From an uncultured Hyphomicrobiales bacterium (GTDB lineage Bacteria; Pseudomonadota; Alphaproteobacteria; Rhodospirillales; CAYFNC01): a stretch of 64,000 nucleotides of DNA. Location of the stretch: positions 18,325 to 82,324 of the forward strand of contig CAYFNC010000011.1 of assembly GCA_964344345.1 (NCBI GenBank), in the 5' to 3' direction. Shown piece after piece: positions 17,891-28,373 of the stretch. The notes beneath the pieces are model-generated. The model saw only the letters and a list, made by a program, of their open reading frames with translations, searched no databases and was not told where the DNA came from. The translations under genes and the position numbers were made by a program. The first letter of the stretch is position 1. Each line of letters begins with the position of its first letter.

Positions 17891-18325
17891 CTAGTCGGCG
17901 GCGGTGCGGACGCCGGTGTTCAGGTCCACCTTCCAGGTGCGCACCAGGGAGCCGTTCTTGGTGACGATGGTGGCGAGCGCGGTGTCCTTGTTCAATTTCT
18001 TGACCGTTCCCACCTTCACGTTGGGATTGCCGCGAAGGGCGACGCCCTGCTCGAACTGGGCCTTGACCTGCTCGATGGTCAGGGGCTTGTCGAGCTTTCC
18101 GCCCTTCATGCAGCCACCCTTGCCGAACATGCCGCCGTGGTGGCCGAAGCCGCCCTTGCCGCCGCCTTGCATGATCTTTTTCATGACCCAGGGCGGGGGG
18201 CCGAAATGGCCGCCGTAGGACGGGACGGCGCCGGGCGTGTCGGTGACGGCGAGGACCGGAACCGGGGCGGCGGCGGCGGCGAGGACGCCGACGGCGACGG
18301 CGGCGAGGATGATCTTGCGTTTCAT
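17891..18325 (-). CDS. secreted Gly/His-rich protein of unknown function
   Basis: Signal peptide MKRKIILAAVAVGVLAAAAAPVPVLA, then a low-complexity GGGKGGFGHHGGMFGKGG segment and a small C-terminal beta-rich domain. No family recognised. Confidence 0.5.
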   Translation of the reverse strand: MKRKIILAAVAVGVLAAAAAPVPVLAVTDTPGAVPSYGGHFGPPPWVMKKIMQGGGKGGFGHHGGMFGKGGCMKGGKLDKPLTIEQVKAQFEQGVALRGNPNVKVGTVKKLNKDTALATIVTKNGSLVRTWKVDLNTGVRTAAD

Positions 18326-18557
18326 GTTCTGTCTCCTTGCAAAGGGTTTCATGCGTTGTCGATGGAGACAGGTTCGCCCCCGAACGTTTCCGGCGTTTTT
18401 CCGAAAGGGGCCCACTTGGTAACGGAGTGTTTCAATCCCCCGCCCGCTTACGCGCCGTTACGCGAAATCCCGGATTGGCCGTCGGTTGGCGGCGCGCCCT
18501 TGCCCGCAACCGCGCCATGGCTTATCAATTCATGGTTTAGATGTGGCGTGGCGACCG

Positions 18558-21014
18558 ATGACTCCGTTGAACAAGATGCTGGCGGCGTTCGGGCTGGGAA
18601 GCCTCCTGATCTGCGCGCTGGCCGCGACCTTCCTGTGGCGGACCAACGAACGGGTCGCGGTCGAGCAATGGCGCGAGGGCGTCTCGGCGCTCGCCTTCGC
18701 CGTCGGGCGGAGCGTCGAGGGCGAGTTGGAGGGCGCGAAGAACACCCTCGCCGCGCTCGCCAGCCTGCCGGAATTCGCGGACCTGCCCCACGTGGCCGAC
18801 ATCGACCGCTCCATCAACGGGATACCGGAGCGCCTGGACCAGGAAAAACGCCGCCTGATGGACGCGGTGATGAAGCAGGCCGGGACCTTCTCGGTCATGT
18901 TCGTGCTGCGCCCGAACGGGGACCATTACATTTCCCATCCGTTTTCGGTCCAGCGCTCGCTCAGGAAATACAATCTGTCCGATCGGGTGTATTTCCGCGA
19001 GGCGAAACGAACCGGCGAGACGGTGATCTCGGACAGTTTCGTCGGGGCCGACGGCGCGCCCGCGGTCGCCATCCTCGTCCCCATCGATTCCAAAGCGGGG
19101 GAGCGCCGCGCCTATCTGGGCGGGGTGTTCCACCTGGCGACGCTGTCCGAGCTGGTCTCGAAACCCAGCCTGCCCCGGGGCGCCGAGGCCCTGATCGCGG
19201 ACAGGAACGCCAACATCATCGCCCACACGGACAAGGACTGGATCAAAGGAAACGAGAGAGTCTCGCTGACCGCGCATCCCTTCTTCAAGGAAAGCCGGAT
19301 CGAGAACCGGGGCGTCTACGCGGACCCGGAAACCGGCGAACGCATGATCGGCGGGTTCTTCCAGTTCCAATTCGGATGGGGCTTCGGGCTGTTCCAGCCG
19401 CTCGACGCGGCGCTGGGACAGGCGAGAAGGAACCTGTCCCTGGACGTCGCCATCCTGATCCTCACCATCGCGACGGTCTCGGCGCTTGGGCTCTACGTCG
19501 CGTGGAAGCTGGGATGGCGCTGGGAGCGGGCCGACGCGCTGGCCTTGGAGAGCGTCCGGAAATACCATTCCTTCGTGGAGACGTCCGGGGAGGGTTTCTG
19601 GCTCATCGACCCCGTGACCAAGGAGACCCAGGAGGTCAACGACAGCCTGCTCCGCATCCTCGGCTATTCCAGGGACGAGATGCTGGGCAAGACGCCCCTC
19701 GACTTCGCCGACGCGGACAACAAGCGGATCTTCGTCGAGCAAACCGCGAAGATCGCCGACACCGACCACCGCGGCTATGAAATCACCCTGACCCACAAGG
19801 CGGGCCACGGGGTGGAGACCCGGTTCAGCGCGACCACGCTGCGCGACGCGGACGGCGCGCCCGTGGCGGCTTTCGCCTTCGTCCGCGACATCACGAATCG
19901 CAAGCGGGCCGAGCGCGCGCTGGCGGCGAGCGAGAGCCACCTGCGCTCCCTGATCCAGGCCAGCCCGTACTGCATCCACGAAATCGACGCCAACGGAAAC
20001 CTTCAGTCCATGAATCAGGCGGGCCTGGACATGGTGAGCGCCAAGGACGAAAGCGAAATCCGGGGCCTGCATTACGTGGACTACGTCGCCGACGAGGACA
20101 ACGACCGCGTCGCGATCCTTTTGGACCGGGCGATCCATCGCGGCGAGGAGTCGCACTTCGAGTTCCGCTCCGACCTTGGCGGGCGAACGCATGTGTTCGC
20201 ATCCATGTTCGCGCCCCTGGGGGACGCGCCGCCGCACCGAATCCTGGGCGTCACCCAGGACATCACGGAGCGGGCTCGCGCGGAAAGGGCGCTGGCGGAC
20301 AAGACGGCCGAGTTGGAGCGCTCCAACGCCGAGCTTCAGGAGTTCGCCCACGTGGTCTCCCATGACCTCCAGGAGCCGCTGCGCGTCGTCACGGGCTTCA
20401 TGAGCCTGCTGTCCAAGGAGTACGAGGGACGCCTCGACGCCGACGCCGACGAGTACATCCGGTTCGCGGTCGAGGGCGCGGAGCGGATGTCGGCCATGAT
20501 CCGCGACCTGTTGCAGTATTCGCGGGTGCAGTCCCGCGCCCAGGAGCCCGTCCCCGTCGCGGCCGGCGCGGCCGTCGAGGAGGCCGTCGCCAATTTGCAG
20601 GCGTCGATCGAGGAGGCCGGGGCGACGCTCGCGGTCCAGGACGCGCTTCCCACCGTCATGGCCGACGAAAGCCAGTTGGTCCGGCTGTTCCAGAACCTGG
20701 TCGGCAACGCCGTAAAATACCGCGACCCCGCCCGCCCGCCGGAAATCGCCGTCGCCGCGGAAAGCCGCGGGGAAGAGTATGTGTTTTCGGTGCGGGACAA
20801 CGGCATCGGCATCGACGAGAAGAACACGGACAGGATCTTCGGCGTGTTCCAGCGGCTCCACCTGCGCGAGGAGTACGACGGCACCGGCATCGGCCTCGCC
20901 GTGGTCAAGCGCATCGTCGAGCGCCACGGCGGTCGGATTTGGGTGGAATCCACGCCCGGCGAGGGCAGCGCGTTCTTCTTCACCCTGCCCGATCGCGGAA
21001 TGAGCAAATTATAA
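18558..21014 (+). CDS. sensor histidine kinase with a periplasmic Cache-like domain and two PAS domains
   Basis: TM, Cache-like region (SHPFSVQRSLRKYNLSDRVYFREA...VISDSFVG), a second TM and two PAS blocks. H-box VVSHDLQEPLR, N-box NLVGNAVKY and G-boxes DNGIGI and GTGIGL are present. Confidence 0.85.
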   Translation: MTPLNKMLAAFGLGSLLICALAATFLWRTNERVAVEQWREGVSALAFAVGRSVEGELEGAKNTLAALASLPEFADLPHVADIDRSINGIPERLDQEKRRLMDAVMKQAGTFSVMFVLRPNGDHYISHPFSVQRSLRKYNLSDRVYFREAKRTGETVISDSFVGADGAPAVAILVPIDSKAGERRAYLGGVFHLATLSELVSKPSLPRGAEALIADRNANIIAHTDKDWIKGNERVSLTAHPFFKESRIENRGVYADPETGERMIGGFFQFQFGWGFGLFQPLDAALGQARRNLSLDVAILILTIATVSALGLYVAWKLGWRWERADALALESVRKYHSFVETSGEGFWLIDPVTKETQEVNDSLLRILGYSRDEMLGKTPLDFADADNKRIFVEQTAKIADTDHRGYEITLTHKAGHGVETRFSATTLRDADGAPVAAFAFVRDITNRKRAERALAASESHLRSLIQASPYCIHEIDANGNLQSMNQAGLDMVSAKDESEIRGLHYVDYVADEDNDRVAILLDRAIHRGEESHFEFRSDLGGRTHVFASMFAPLGDAPPHRILGVTQDITERARAERALADKTAELERSNAELQEFAHVVSHDLQEPLRVVTGFMSLLSKEYEGRLDADADEYIRFAVEGAERMSAMIRDLLQYSRVQSRAQEPVPVAAGAAVEEAVANLQASIEEAGATLAVQDALPTVMADESQLVRLFQNLVGNAVKYRDPARPPEIAVAAESRGEEYVFSVRDNGIGIDEKNTDRIFGVFQRLHLREEYDGTGIGLAVVKRIVERHGGRIWVESTPGEGSAFFFTLPDRGMSKL

Positions 21015-21214
21015 GCATTGAAAATTTGCCGCCCATCATTTGGTCGGCAAGCTTGTCCATTCGCTTCGCCCGTTCTCGACGCGCCTGGGGGTCGATCCGA
21101 ATCCATCCTTTTTGACAAAGGGTTGATGGCGGCGGTTTTCAACCGCGCGTTTGGCGCGCTTTTTGCTGCGCCCCCTTTTCCACGCAAGGTCGATGACCGA
21201 AGGGAGAAGGGCGA

Positions 21215-22633
21215 ATGGCCAAAAAGAAGGCCTTCGACGAAATGCGCGGCCCCCGGGGCGGGGTGCGGAAATCGTACCGGAGCTACAACAAGTGGCTCCA
21301 GGGCGCGCCGGTCGAGCGTCTGGTGGAGAAAAGCCGCCAGGCGGACGTCATGTTTCGTCGGCTCGGCATCACCTTCGCCGTCTACGGCGGCGACGAGGGC
21401 GCGGAGCGCCTGATCCCCTTCGACGTGGTGCCCAGAATCCTGAGCGCGGCGGAATGGAACATCGTCTCGTCCGGCGTCGTGCAGCGGGTCACGGCGCTGA
21501 ACGCGTTCCTGCACGACGTCTATCACGATCAGGAAATCCTGAAGGAGGGCATCGTCCCCGCCGACCTGATTCTGACCAACAGCGCCTATCGCCCGGAAAT
21601 GCTGGGGGTGAACCCGGCGCACGGGATCTACTCCCACGTGTCCGGCGTCGACGTGGTCCGGGTGGACGAGGATGAGTTCTACGTGCTCGAGGACAACCTG
21701 CGCACGCCGTCGGGGGTGTCCTACATGCTGGAGAACCGCCAGACCATGATGCGGCTGTTCCCGGACCTGTTCTCCAGGATCGGCGTCGCGCCGGTCAACC
21801 ATTACCCGGACGTCCTGCTCGAAACGCTGATGTCCGTGGCGCCGTCCCAGGCGGACGATCCCACCGTGGTGGTGCTGACCCCCGGCCCCTTGAACAGCGC
21901 CTACTTCGAGCACGCCTTCCTGGCCCAGGAAATGGGGGTGGAGTTGGTCGAGGGCCGCGACCTGTTCGTGGACGACGGATGGGTGTTCATGCGCACCACC
22001 GAGGGGCCCAAGCGCGTGGACGTGATCTACCGCCGCATCGACGACGACTTCCTCGACCCGCTGGCCTTCCGCCCGGATTCCATCCTTGGCGCGCCCGGGC
22101 TTTTGTCGGTATACCGCGGCGGGCGGGTGACGCTCACCAACGGCATCGGCGCCGGCGTCGCCGACGACAAGGCCGTCTATCCCTATGTCCCCGACATGAT
22201 CCGGTTCTATCTCGGCGAGCCGCCGATCCTGAAGAACGTGCCCACCTGGACGCTCCGCGATCCGGACCAGCGCGCCCACGTGCTCGACCGTCTCGAGGAA
22301 ATGGTGGTCAAGGAGGTCCACGGCTCCGGCGGCTACGGCATGCTGGTGGGCCCCACCAGCACCATGGAGGAGCGCCACCGCTTCAAGCAGAAGATCGAGG
22401 CCGCGCCGGAAACCTTCATCGCCCAGCCCACGCTGGCCTTGTCCACCTGCCCGTCCCTGGTGGACGCGGGCGTCGCGCCCCGCCACGTGGACCTCAGGCC
22501 CTACGTGCTGTCGGGCGAGAAGGTGACGGTGGTTCCGGGCGCGCTCACCCGCGTGGCGCTCCGCGAGGGCTCCTTGGTGGTGAACTCGTCCCAGGGCGGC
22601 GGGACCAAGGACACATGGGTGTTGGAGGCGTGA
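21215..22633 (+). CDS. circularly permuted ATP-grasp type 2 protein (Anbu operon gene 1)
   Basis: The 472-aa size and blocks (VYHDQEILKEGIVPADL, EDNLRTPSGVSYMLENR, GIGAGVADDKAVY, VVKEVHGSGGYGMLVGP) match the remembered CP_ATPgrasp_2 family, as does the operon context. Confidence 0.75.
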   Translation: MAKKKAFDEMRGPRGGVRKSYRSYNKWLQGAPVERLVEKSRQADVMFRRLGITFAVYGGDEGAERLIPFDVVPRILSAAEWNIVSSGVVQRVTALNAFLHDVYHDQEILKEGIVPADLILTNSAYRPEMLGVNPAHGIYSHVSGVDVVRVDEDEFYVLEDNLRTPSGVSYMLENRQTMMRLFPDLFSRIGVAPVNHYPDVLLETLMSVAPSQADDPTVVVLTPGPLNSAYFEHAFLAQEMGVELVEGRDLFVDDGWVFMRTTEGPKRVDVIYRRIDDDFLDPLAFRPDSILGAPGLLSVYRGGRVTLTNGIGAGVADDKAVYPYVPDMIRFYLGEPPILKNVPTWTLRDPDQRAHVLDRLEEMVVKEVHGSGGYGMLVGPTSTMEERHRFKQKIEAAPETFIAQPTLALSTCPSLVDAGVAPRHVDLRPYVLSGEKVTVVPGALTRVALREGSLVVNSSQGGGTKDTWVLEA

Positions 22634-22634
22634 C

Positions 22635-23570
22635 ATGCTGAGCCGGACGGCCGACCATCTGTACTGGATCGCCCGCTACGTGGAGCGGGCCGAGAACGTG
22701 GCCCGCATCCTGGAAAGCGCCTACCAGATGTCGCTGATGCCCATCGGCGGCAGCCGCGATGGGTCCGAATGGGAGGCGGCTCTCGCCGTCGGCGGGGACG
22801 CAAACGCCTTCCAGGAGCGTTATGGAACGGTCGGCGTCGGCACCGTGGTGGGCTACATGGCGCTTGACCTGGACAACCCGTCCTCCATCCGGTCCAGCAT
22901 CGGCAAGGCGCGGGAGAACGCGCGCGAGACCCGCCACCTGCTCAGCACCGAACTGTGGGAAAGCATCAACCAGACCTGGTTGGAGTTGCAGCAGCTCACC
23001 TACCCCCGGCTGATGGAGCGGGGCTTTTCCGAATTCTTCGAATGGGTCCGCGACCGGTCCCACCTGTTCCGGGGCGTCGCCGTCGGCACGGTCCGGCGCG
23101 GGGACGCGTTTTCGTTCATGGGCCTCGGCACCTTCGTCGAGCGCGCCGACAACACCGCCCGGGTGCTGGACGTCAAGTACCGCCTGCTGTCCGGCGCGGA
23201 CGACGGGACCGAGGCTGCGGTGGATTACTACCGCTGGGGCGCGCTCCTGAAAGCGCTGTCCGCGTTCAAGTCCTATCGCGAGATCTATCGCGGGGCCATC
23301 GCGCCCCGCAACGTGGCCGAGCTTCTGGTGCTGCGCGAGGACGTGCCGCGCTCGCTGCACGCCTGCACGGACAAGACCCGCGCAATCCTGGAGCGACTCA
23401 ACCGCGAGGGGGAATGCGCTCGCGTCGCGGGGCGGCTCCACGGCGAGCTTCATTACGGGCTGATCGACGAAATCCTGGACAGCGGCCTGTCCGAATATCT
23501 TGGAAGCTTCGTCGCGCGAAACGCCGGGCTGAACGCCCAGATCCAGGAAGACTTCATGATGACGGCTTAG
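22635..23570 (+). CDS. alpha-E domain protein (Anbu operon gene 2)
   Basis: MLSRTADHLYWIARYVERAENVARIL is the typical alpha-E (DUF403) N-terminus. It starts 1 nt after the ATP-grasp stop. Confidence 0.8.
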   Translation: MLSRTADHLYWIARYVERAENVARILESAYQMSLMPIGGSRDGSEWEAALAVGGDANAFQERYGTVGVGTVVGYMALDLDNPSSIRSSIGKARENARETRHLLSTELWESINQTWLELQQLTYPRLMERGFSEFFEWVRDRSHLFRGVAVGTVRRGDAFSFMGLGTFVERADNTARVLDVKYRLLSGADDGTEAAVDYYRWGALLKALSAFKSYREIYRGAIAPRNVAELLVLREDVPRSLHACTDKTRAILERLNREGECARVAGRLHGELHYGLIDEILDSGLSEYLGSFVARNAGLNAQIQEDFMMTA

Positions 23571-23582
23571 GGAGTCCGGGAC

Positions 23583-24395
23583 ATGAGACTGACCATCGAG
23601 CACGAAACCCACTACCGATTCGAAGAGCAGGCCAAGCACAGCATCCAATACCTGCGCATGACGCCCCGGCGCGACCTGTCCCAGCGCGTGATCCAGTGGG
23701 AGGTGACGACGCCGGGCGGGCTGCGCTCCTGGGTGGACGGGTTCGGAAACCTGACCCACGTCTCGGTCCAGGAAACCCTCCACGACGAGGTGCCGGTCCA
23801 CGTGCGCGGCGTGGTCGAGACCGTGGACAAGTCCGGCGTGCTGCCCGCCGACGACGGCATGCCTCCGCTGATCTTCCTACGCGAGACCGAATACACCAAG
23901 GTGGAGGACAACATCGAGGAGTTCGCCGCGCCCTTCCGCGACCAGCTCCAGGCCTTGGGCGCGCTCGACGCCTTGCACGCGCTCATGGCCCATATTCACG
24001 CGGTGGTGGCCTATCGCCAGGGCCACACCCACGTCCACAGCACGGCCTCGGACGCTCTCGCCCACGGCTGCGGGGTGTGCCAAGACCACGCGCACCTGTT
24101 CATCGCCTGCTGCCGGGTGCTGGGAATTCCGGCGCGTTACGTCAGCGGATACCTGTGGGGCGGAATCGGCGACGGCGACGATCCCCACCTGCACAGCCAC
24201 GCCTGGGCCGACGCCCTGGTGGACGGGCTGGGCTGGGTCGGCTTCGATCCCTCGAACAAGCAGTGCGCCACCGACGCCTACGTGCGCCTGGCCGTCGGCT
24301 TCGACTACGCCTCGGCCTGTCCGGTTCGGGGCGTGCGGCGCGGCGGCGGCGAGGAAATGATGGACGTCAAGGTCGTGGTGGAGCAAAACCAGTGA
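23583..24395 (+). CDS. transglutaminase-family protein (Anbu operon gene 3)
   Basis: Bact_transglu_N-like start (MRLTIEHETHYRF...) and a core with GVCQDHAHLFIACCRVLGIPARYVSGY and HAW (Cys-His-Asp type). Confidence 0.8.
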   Translation: MRLTIEHETHYRFEEQAKHSIQYLRMTPRRDLSQRVIQWEVTTPGGLRSWVDGFGNLTHVSVQETLHDEVPVHVRGVVETVDKSGVLPADDGMPPLIFLRETEYTKVEDNIEEFAAPFRDQLQALGALDALHALMAHIHAVVAYRQGHTHVHSTASDALAHGCGVCQDHAHLFIACCRVLGIPARYVSGYLWGGIGDGDDPHLHSHAWADALVDGLGWVGFDPSNKQCATDAYVRLAVGFDYASACPVRGVRRGGGEEMMDVKVVVEQNQ

Positions 24396-25132
24396 CCTAC
24401 TGCCTGGGAATGCTGCTGGACCGAGGAATGGTCATGGCGTCGGATTCGCGCACCAACGCGGGCGTGGACAGCGTCGCCACCTTTCGCAAGATGCACGTGT
24501 TCGCCCAGCCGGGCGAGCGGGTGATCGTCCTGATGTCGGCGGGCAACCTGGCGGTGACCCAGTCGGTGATCGCCATGCTCGAGGAAGGCCTGGCCATGGA
24601 TGGCGAGCCGACCCTGGACGAGATGGACACCCTCTACGAGGCCGCGCAACTGGTCGGCAAGGCGCTCAGGCGCGTCCACGACGTGGACGGGCCCTACCTC
24701 AAGGCCCAATCGGCCGAGGTCTCGGCCTCGTTCATCCTGGGCGGCCAGATCAAGGGCGGGCGCATGCGCCTGTTCCAGATCTATTCCGCCGGCAACTTCA
24801 TCGAGGCGACGGACGACACGCCGTATTTCCAAATCGGCGAGACCAAATACGGCAAGCCCATCGTCGAAAGGGTCCTGCGGCCCGAACTGGACCTGCTCAG
24901 CGCCGCCAAGTGCGCGTTGGTGTCGCTGGATTCGACCATCCGGTCCAACATCTCGGTGGCGCCGCCGGTGGATTTGCTGGTGATCAAGCGCGACGCCCTC
25001 GACATCGCCACCTGGCAACGGCTCGACGACGACGACCCCTATTTCAAGGAGGTGCGCAGCCATTGGGGCGACGGGCTGCGCCGGCTTTTCGACCGGGTGC
25101 CCAGCCCCGCGTGGGAAGGGGATATTTCCTGA
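24392..25132 (+). CDS. Anbu, proteasome beta-type Ntn peptidase homologue
   Basis: The GTG start overlaps the preceding stop (GTGA). The N-terminus M-TYCLGML puts Thr directly after fMet. SDSRTNAGVD and GETKYGKP blocks match remembered Anbu sequences. Confidence 0.75.
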   Translation: MTYCLGMLLDRGMVMASDSRTNAGVDSVATFRKMHVFAQPGERVIVLMSAGNLAVTQSVIAMLEEGLAMDGEPTLDEMDTLYEAAQLVGKALRRVHDVDGPYLKAQSAEVSASFILGGQIKGGRMRLFQIYSAGNFIEATDDTPYFQIGETKYGKPIVERVLRPELDLLSAAKCALVSLDSTIRSNISVAPPVDLLVIKRDALDIATWQRLDDDDPYFKEVRSHWGDGLRRLFDRVPSPAWEGDIS

Positions 25133-25513
25133 TCAGGAGTTGTCGGCGACTTCCTCGTCGATGTGCTCCATGACCTCGGACATGTCGTCGTCGTCCTCGC
25201 CCAGGTCCGACGCGTCCTCGATCAACGAGTCGTCGTTCTCGGCGGGTTCGATGTCCTTGTCGTCGTCGTCGTCCAGCCCCACGATTTCGATCGCGTCCTT
25301 GTCCTCCAGAGCTTCCGCCTCCTCTTCCGACGGCTTCGGCTTGACCGGCTCGGGCGGCGGCGGCGGCGCGGCGGCGCGCTTGGGCTTAACGGGAATGTCG
25401 ACCTCGAAAACGTGGGAGCACTTGGGGCACGTCGCAGGCTGTCGCTTCATGTCGTAGAAGCGGGCCCCGCAATTGGGGCATGTCCGTTTTTTTCCCCAGT
25501 CCGGCTTGGACAC
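25133..25513 (-). CDS. TIGR02300 (FYDLN_acid) family zinc-ribbon protein with an acidic tail
   Basis: [28 protein letters not shown] followed by a long Asp/Glu-rich C-terminus. A GTG start at 25513 fits the family N-terminus. Its stop codon abuts the Anbu stop with 0-nt spacing, convergent. Confidence 0.75.
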   Translation of the reverse strand: MSKPDWGKKRTCPNCGARFYDMKRQPATCPKCSHVFEVDIPVKPKRAAAPPPPPEPVKPKPSEEEAEALEDKDAIEIVGLDDDDDKDIEPAENDDSLIEDASDLGEDDDDMSEVMEHIDEEVADNS

Positions 25514-25676
25514 CTTCCACCTCCGAAAAATGGTCTGCGACAAAACATTCAGCCAGCCAATTGCCATGTTCGCCGAACGCTGTCAAAACCAAAAGGCCGG
25601 ACCGGCGAAAAAAAGCCCATCGACGCGGCTCCTTTCATGCTACATCGCACGAAGCGAGGCGCAAGGAGGAAAAAGC

Positions 25677-26999
25677 ATGCCCGCCATGAAATCGTCCCGA
25701 ACGGGCGCTCTTGCGGGCGACGTCACCGTGCCGGGCGACAAGTCCGTGTCGCACCGCGCCTTGATTTTCGGGGCCCTGGCGGTGGGGGAGACCGTCGTCC
25801 GCGGCTTGCTGGAGGGCGAGGACGTCCTGAACACGGCCGACGCGCTCCGCGCCTTCGGGGCGGAAATTTCGCGCGGCGACGGCGGAATCTGGCGCGTGGC
25901 GGGACGCGGCGTCGGCGGTCTGGCCGAGCCCGAGCGGGTGTTGGACATGGGCAATTCCGGAACCGGCGCGCGCCTGTTGATGGGCCTGGCCGCGAGTCAT
26001 CCGTTCACGACGCTGTTCACCGGCGACGCCTCCCTGGTCAAGCGCCCCATGAAGCGGGTCACGACGCCGCTGGAATCCATGGGCGCGGCGTTCTGGACGC
26101 GCTCGGGGGGACGGCTGCCGCTGGCGGTCATGGGGGCCGGGGATCCCCTGCCCATCGAATACGACATGCCCGTGGCCTCGGCCCAGGTGAAGTCGGCGGT
26201 TCTGCTGGCGGGATTGAACGCGCCTGGCCGCACCAGCGTGATCGAGCCCGCGCCCACCCGCGACCACACCGAACTGATGGCCCGCCACTTCGGCGCCGAG
26301 ATCGAGGTCCGGGACCTGGGTGACGGACGGCGCGCCGTCGCCGTGACGGGCCAGCCCGAACTGGCCGCCGCCGACGTGGTGGTTCCGGGAGACGTGTCGT
26401 CGGCCGCGTTCCCGCTGGTGGCGGCGCTGATCGTCCCGGGGTCCCGGGTGACGGTCAGGGGCGTTGGGCTGAACCCGCTTCGCGCCGGTCTTCTGCAGAC
26501 GCTACAGGACATGGGCGCGGATATCCGGATCGACAACCAACGCACCGAGGCCGGGGAGCCCGTGGGCGACGTCACCGCCGCCGCCTCCCGGCTCAAGGGC
26601 GTCTCCACACCGGCCGAGCGGGCGCCGTCCATGATCGACGAATTCCCCATCCTGGCCGTCGCCGCCGCCCTGGCGGACGGCGAAACCCGCATGAACGGGG
26701 TCGGCGAGCTTCGGGTCAAGGAAAGCGACCGCATCGACACGGTGGCGCGGGGGCTTCGCGCCTCGGGCGTCGCGGTCGAGGAGGGCGAGGACTGGATGGT
26801 CGTCCACGGGACCGGCCGCCCGCCCAAGGGCGGCGCGACCGTGGCGGTGGAGTTGGACCACCGCATCGCCATGTCGTTCCTGGTCCTGGGCCTCGCGTCC
26901 GAGAATCCGGTCGCGGTGGACGACGCCGGGCCGATCGAGACCAGCTTCCCCGGCTTCGCCGGCCTGATGGCCGGTCTCGGCGCGGACATTTCCCAATAA
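25677..26999 (+). CDS. aroA: 3-phosphoshikimate 1-carboxyvinyltransferase (EPSP synthase)
   Basis: [48 protein letters not shown] and KESDRI motifs are present. An AAGGAGGA Shine-Dalgarno sequence lies upstream. Confidence 0.92.
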   Translation: MPAMKSSRTGALAGDVTVPGDKSVSHRALIFGALAVGETVVRGLLEGEDVLNTADALRAFGAEISRGDGGIWRVAGRGVGGLAEPERVLDMGNSGTGARLLMGLAASHPFTTLFTGDASLVKRPMKRVTTPLESMGAAFWTRSGGRLPLAVMGAGDPLPIEYDMPVASAQVKSAVLLAGLNAPGRTSVIEPAPTRDHTELMARHFGAEIEVRDLGDGRRAVAVTGQPELAAADVVVPGDVSSAAFPLVAALIVPGSRVTVRGVGLNPLRAGLLQTLQDMGADIRIDNQRTEAGEPVGDVTAAASRLKGVSTPAERAPSMIDEFPILAVAAALADGETRMNGVGELRVKESDRIDTVARGLRASGVAVEEGEDWMVVHGTGRPPKGGATVAVELDHRIAMSFLVLGLASENPVAVDDAGPIETSFPGFAGLMAGLGADISQ

Positions 27000-27056
27000 G
27001 ACAATCTTAAGCCCCGTTCCGCATTATTCCAGAACGCAACCTGCCAGTTGCGCGAA

Positions 27057-28373
27057 ATGACTGGGAGAACGAGCTTGGCGATTAGCGACGACGACCTATT
27101 GCAAAGGATAGGTGTCCTGATCAACAAGCGCGCCACATATTTGGATGCCCAGGAACCGCTCGAAGAGGCGTGGGATCGACGCATCGGCAATCCCCCGGCG
27201 ATCTGCAATCTTCTCGCAGTGCTGTATACGTATAAAGGCCAATTTTCCAAGGCTTCCAACATCCTGGAGCAAATAGAGCCTTCGATCACTCTTGGAAATG
27301 TGTATTTCCTCGAGGGACGATACGAAGACGCCCAAAGCGCATATGAGATCGCGACGCGCGCGGCCCCTCTCGAGCCCGGCAAGCCGACGGCCCTTGTCCC
27401 GGGCGGCCTCGCCATAAACTATTTCGGGGAGTTGTCCGCCAACGTGGACGCCGCGCTCAGGGCCGATCAACTCGGCCTGCTCCCCCCGCACAACGAATTG
27501 ACGCTGCCTTCGCAAGGCCGCTTCGCGGATTCGACCCTTCGAAAAATCTGGGCCCAAGCGGGCGTGGGGGTTGGCGACGCAGTGAGGCACAAGATCCATG
27601 TCGACGTCATGCCGATAGCCGATGGACGGTTGCTTCCGAGGGTGTTGGCCCACGCCACCTATCGCACCGGACGCCCCTTAATCTCGATGGAATGGGAATC
27701 GACGCATTGGGATTTTCTGAAGCTTCGCCGCGGCGACCCCTTTGTCGTCATGCACGTCCGCGAGAACGCCAGTTACGAAGAAGATGAAATTCCCTGGACG
27801 CCCAACAAATTCCGCAACGCGGATCCCATGACCTATGTCTCCGCCGTCGAACACCTGACCTCGCTGGGCGTCAAGGTGTTCCGCATCGGGGACAAGAGCA
27901 TGTCGGCGATGCCTTCCATGCCCGGTTTTTTCGATCTCGCCACGTTGCCGGATCCCCGCCCCGACTGGGTCGATGTGTTCCTGGCGGCGAACGCGCTGTT
28001 TTTTTTGGCGACGGCGTCCGGCCCCTACACCCTGGCCTACCATTTCGGAACCCCGATTCTTGGAACGAACTGGTTTCCGCTTGGGTGGTGGCTCTATGAC
28101 GACAACCAGATGCTCATACACAAAACGTTCAAGAAGCGCTCCATGCCGGAAACCATGAAGCCGCCATGGTTCACGAACCTCCGCCCGGACATTCTGGACC
28201 CGGAAGAAACGGTCATAGACAACACATCCGATGAAATTCTCGAGGCCGTGAAGATCATGCTCAATCGTCCCGCGACCGCTTCGCCAACGCCCCCCGCCGC
28301 CGATCCGCTGGGAATCGGCTTTGCGTCGCGTTTGGCCTATCCCGAACATCGGGTCATGGAGCTCTGGGGATGA
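27057..28373 (+). CDS. TPR-containing protein with a C-terminal glycosyltransferase-like region (possibly TIGR04372-like)
   Basis: The N-terminal third is TPR-like (LGNVYFLEGRYEDAQSAYEIA). The C-terminal part (VFRIGDKSM...DVFLAANALFFLATASGPYTLAYHFGTPILGTNW) resembles the donor-binding half of GT-B-like enzymes. The family assignment is from memory only. G+C is lower than in the neighbours. Confidence 0.45.
   Translation: MTGRTSLAISDDDLLQRIGVLINKRATYLDAQEPLEEAWDRRIGNPPAICNLLAVLYTYKGQFSKASNILEQIEPSITLGNVYFLEGRYEDAQSAYEIATRAAPLEPGKPTALVPGGLAINYFGELSANVDAALRADQLGLLPPHNELTLPSQGRFADSTLRKIWAQAGVGVGDAVRHKIHVDVMPIADGRLLPRVLAHATYRTGRPLISMEWESTHWDFLKLRRGDPFVVMHVRENASYEEDEIPWTPNKFRNADPMTYVSAVEHLTSLGVKVFRIGDKSMSAMPSMPGFFDLATLPDPRPDWVDVFLAANALFFLATASGPYTLAYHFGTPILGTNWFPLGWWLYDDNQMLIHKTFKKRSMPETMKPPWFTNLRPDILDPEETVIDNTSDEILEAVKIMLNRPATASPTPPAADPLGIGFASRLAYPEHRVMELWG

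Noticed and set aside
21121-21165. Inverted repeat GGTTGA-N12-TCAACC and a GCGCG hairpin with a T5 run upstream of the Anbu operon.
   Set aside because: The stems are short (5-6 bp). Assignment as the terminator of the upstream kinase or as an operator is ambiguous, so I do not call either.
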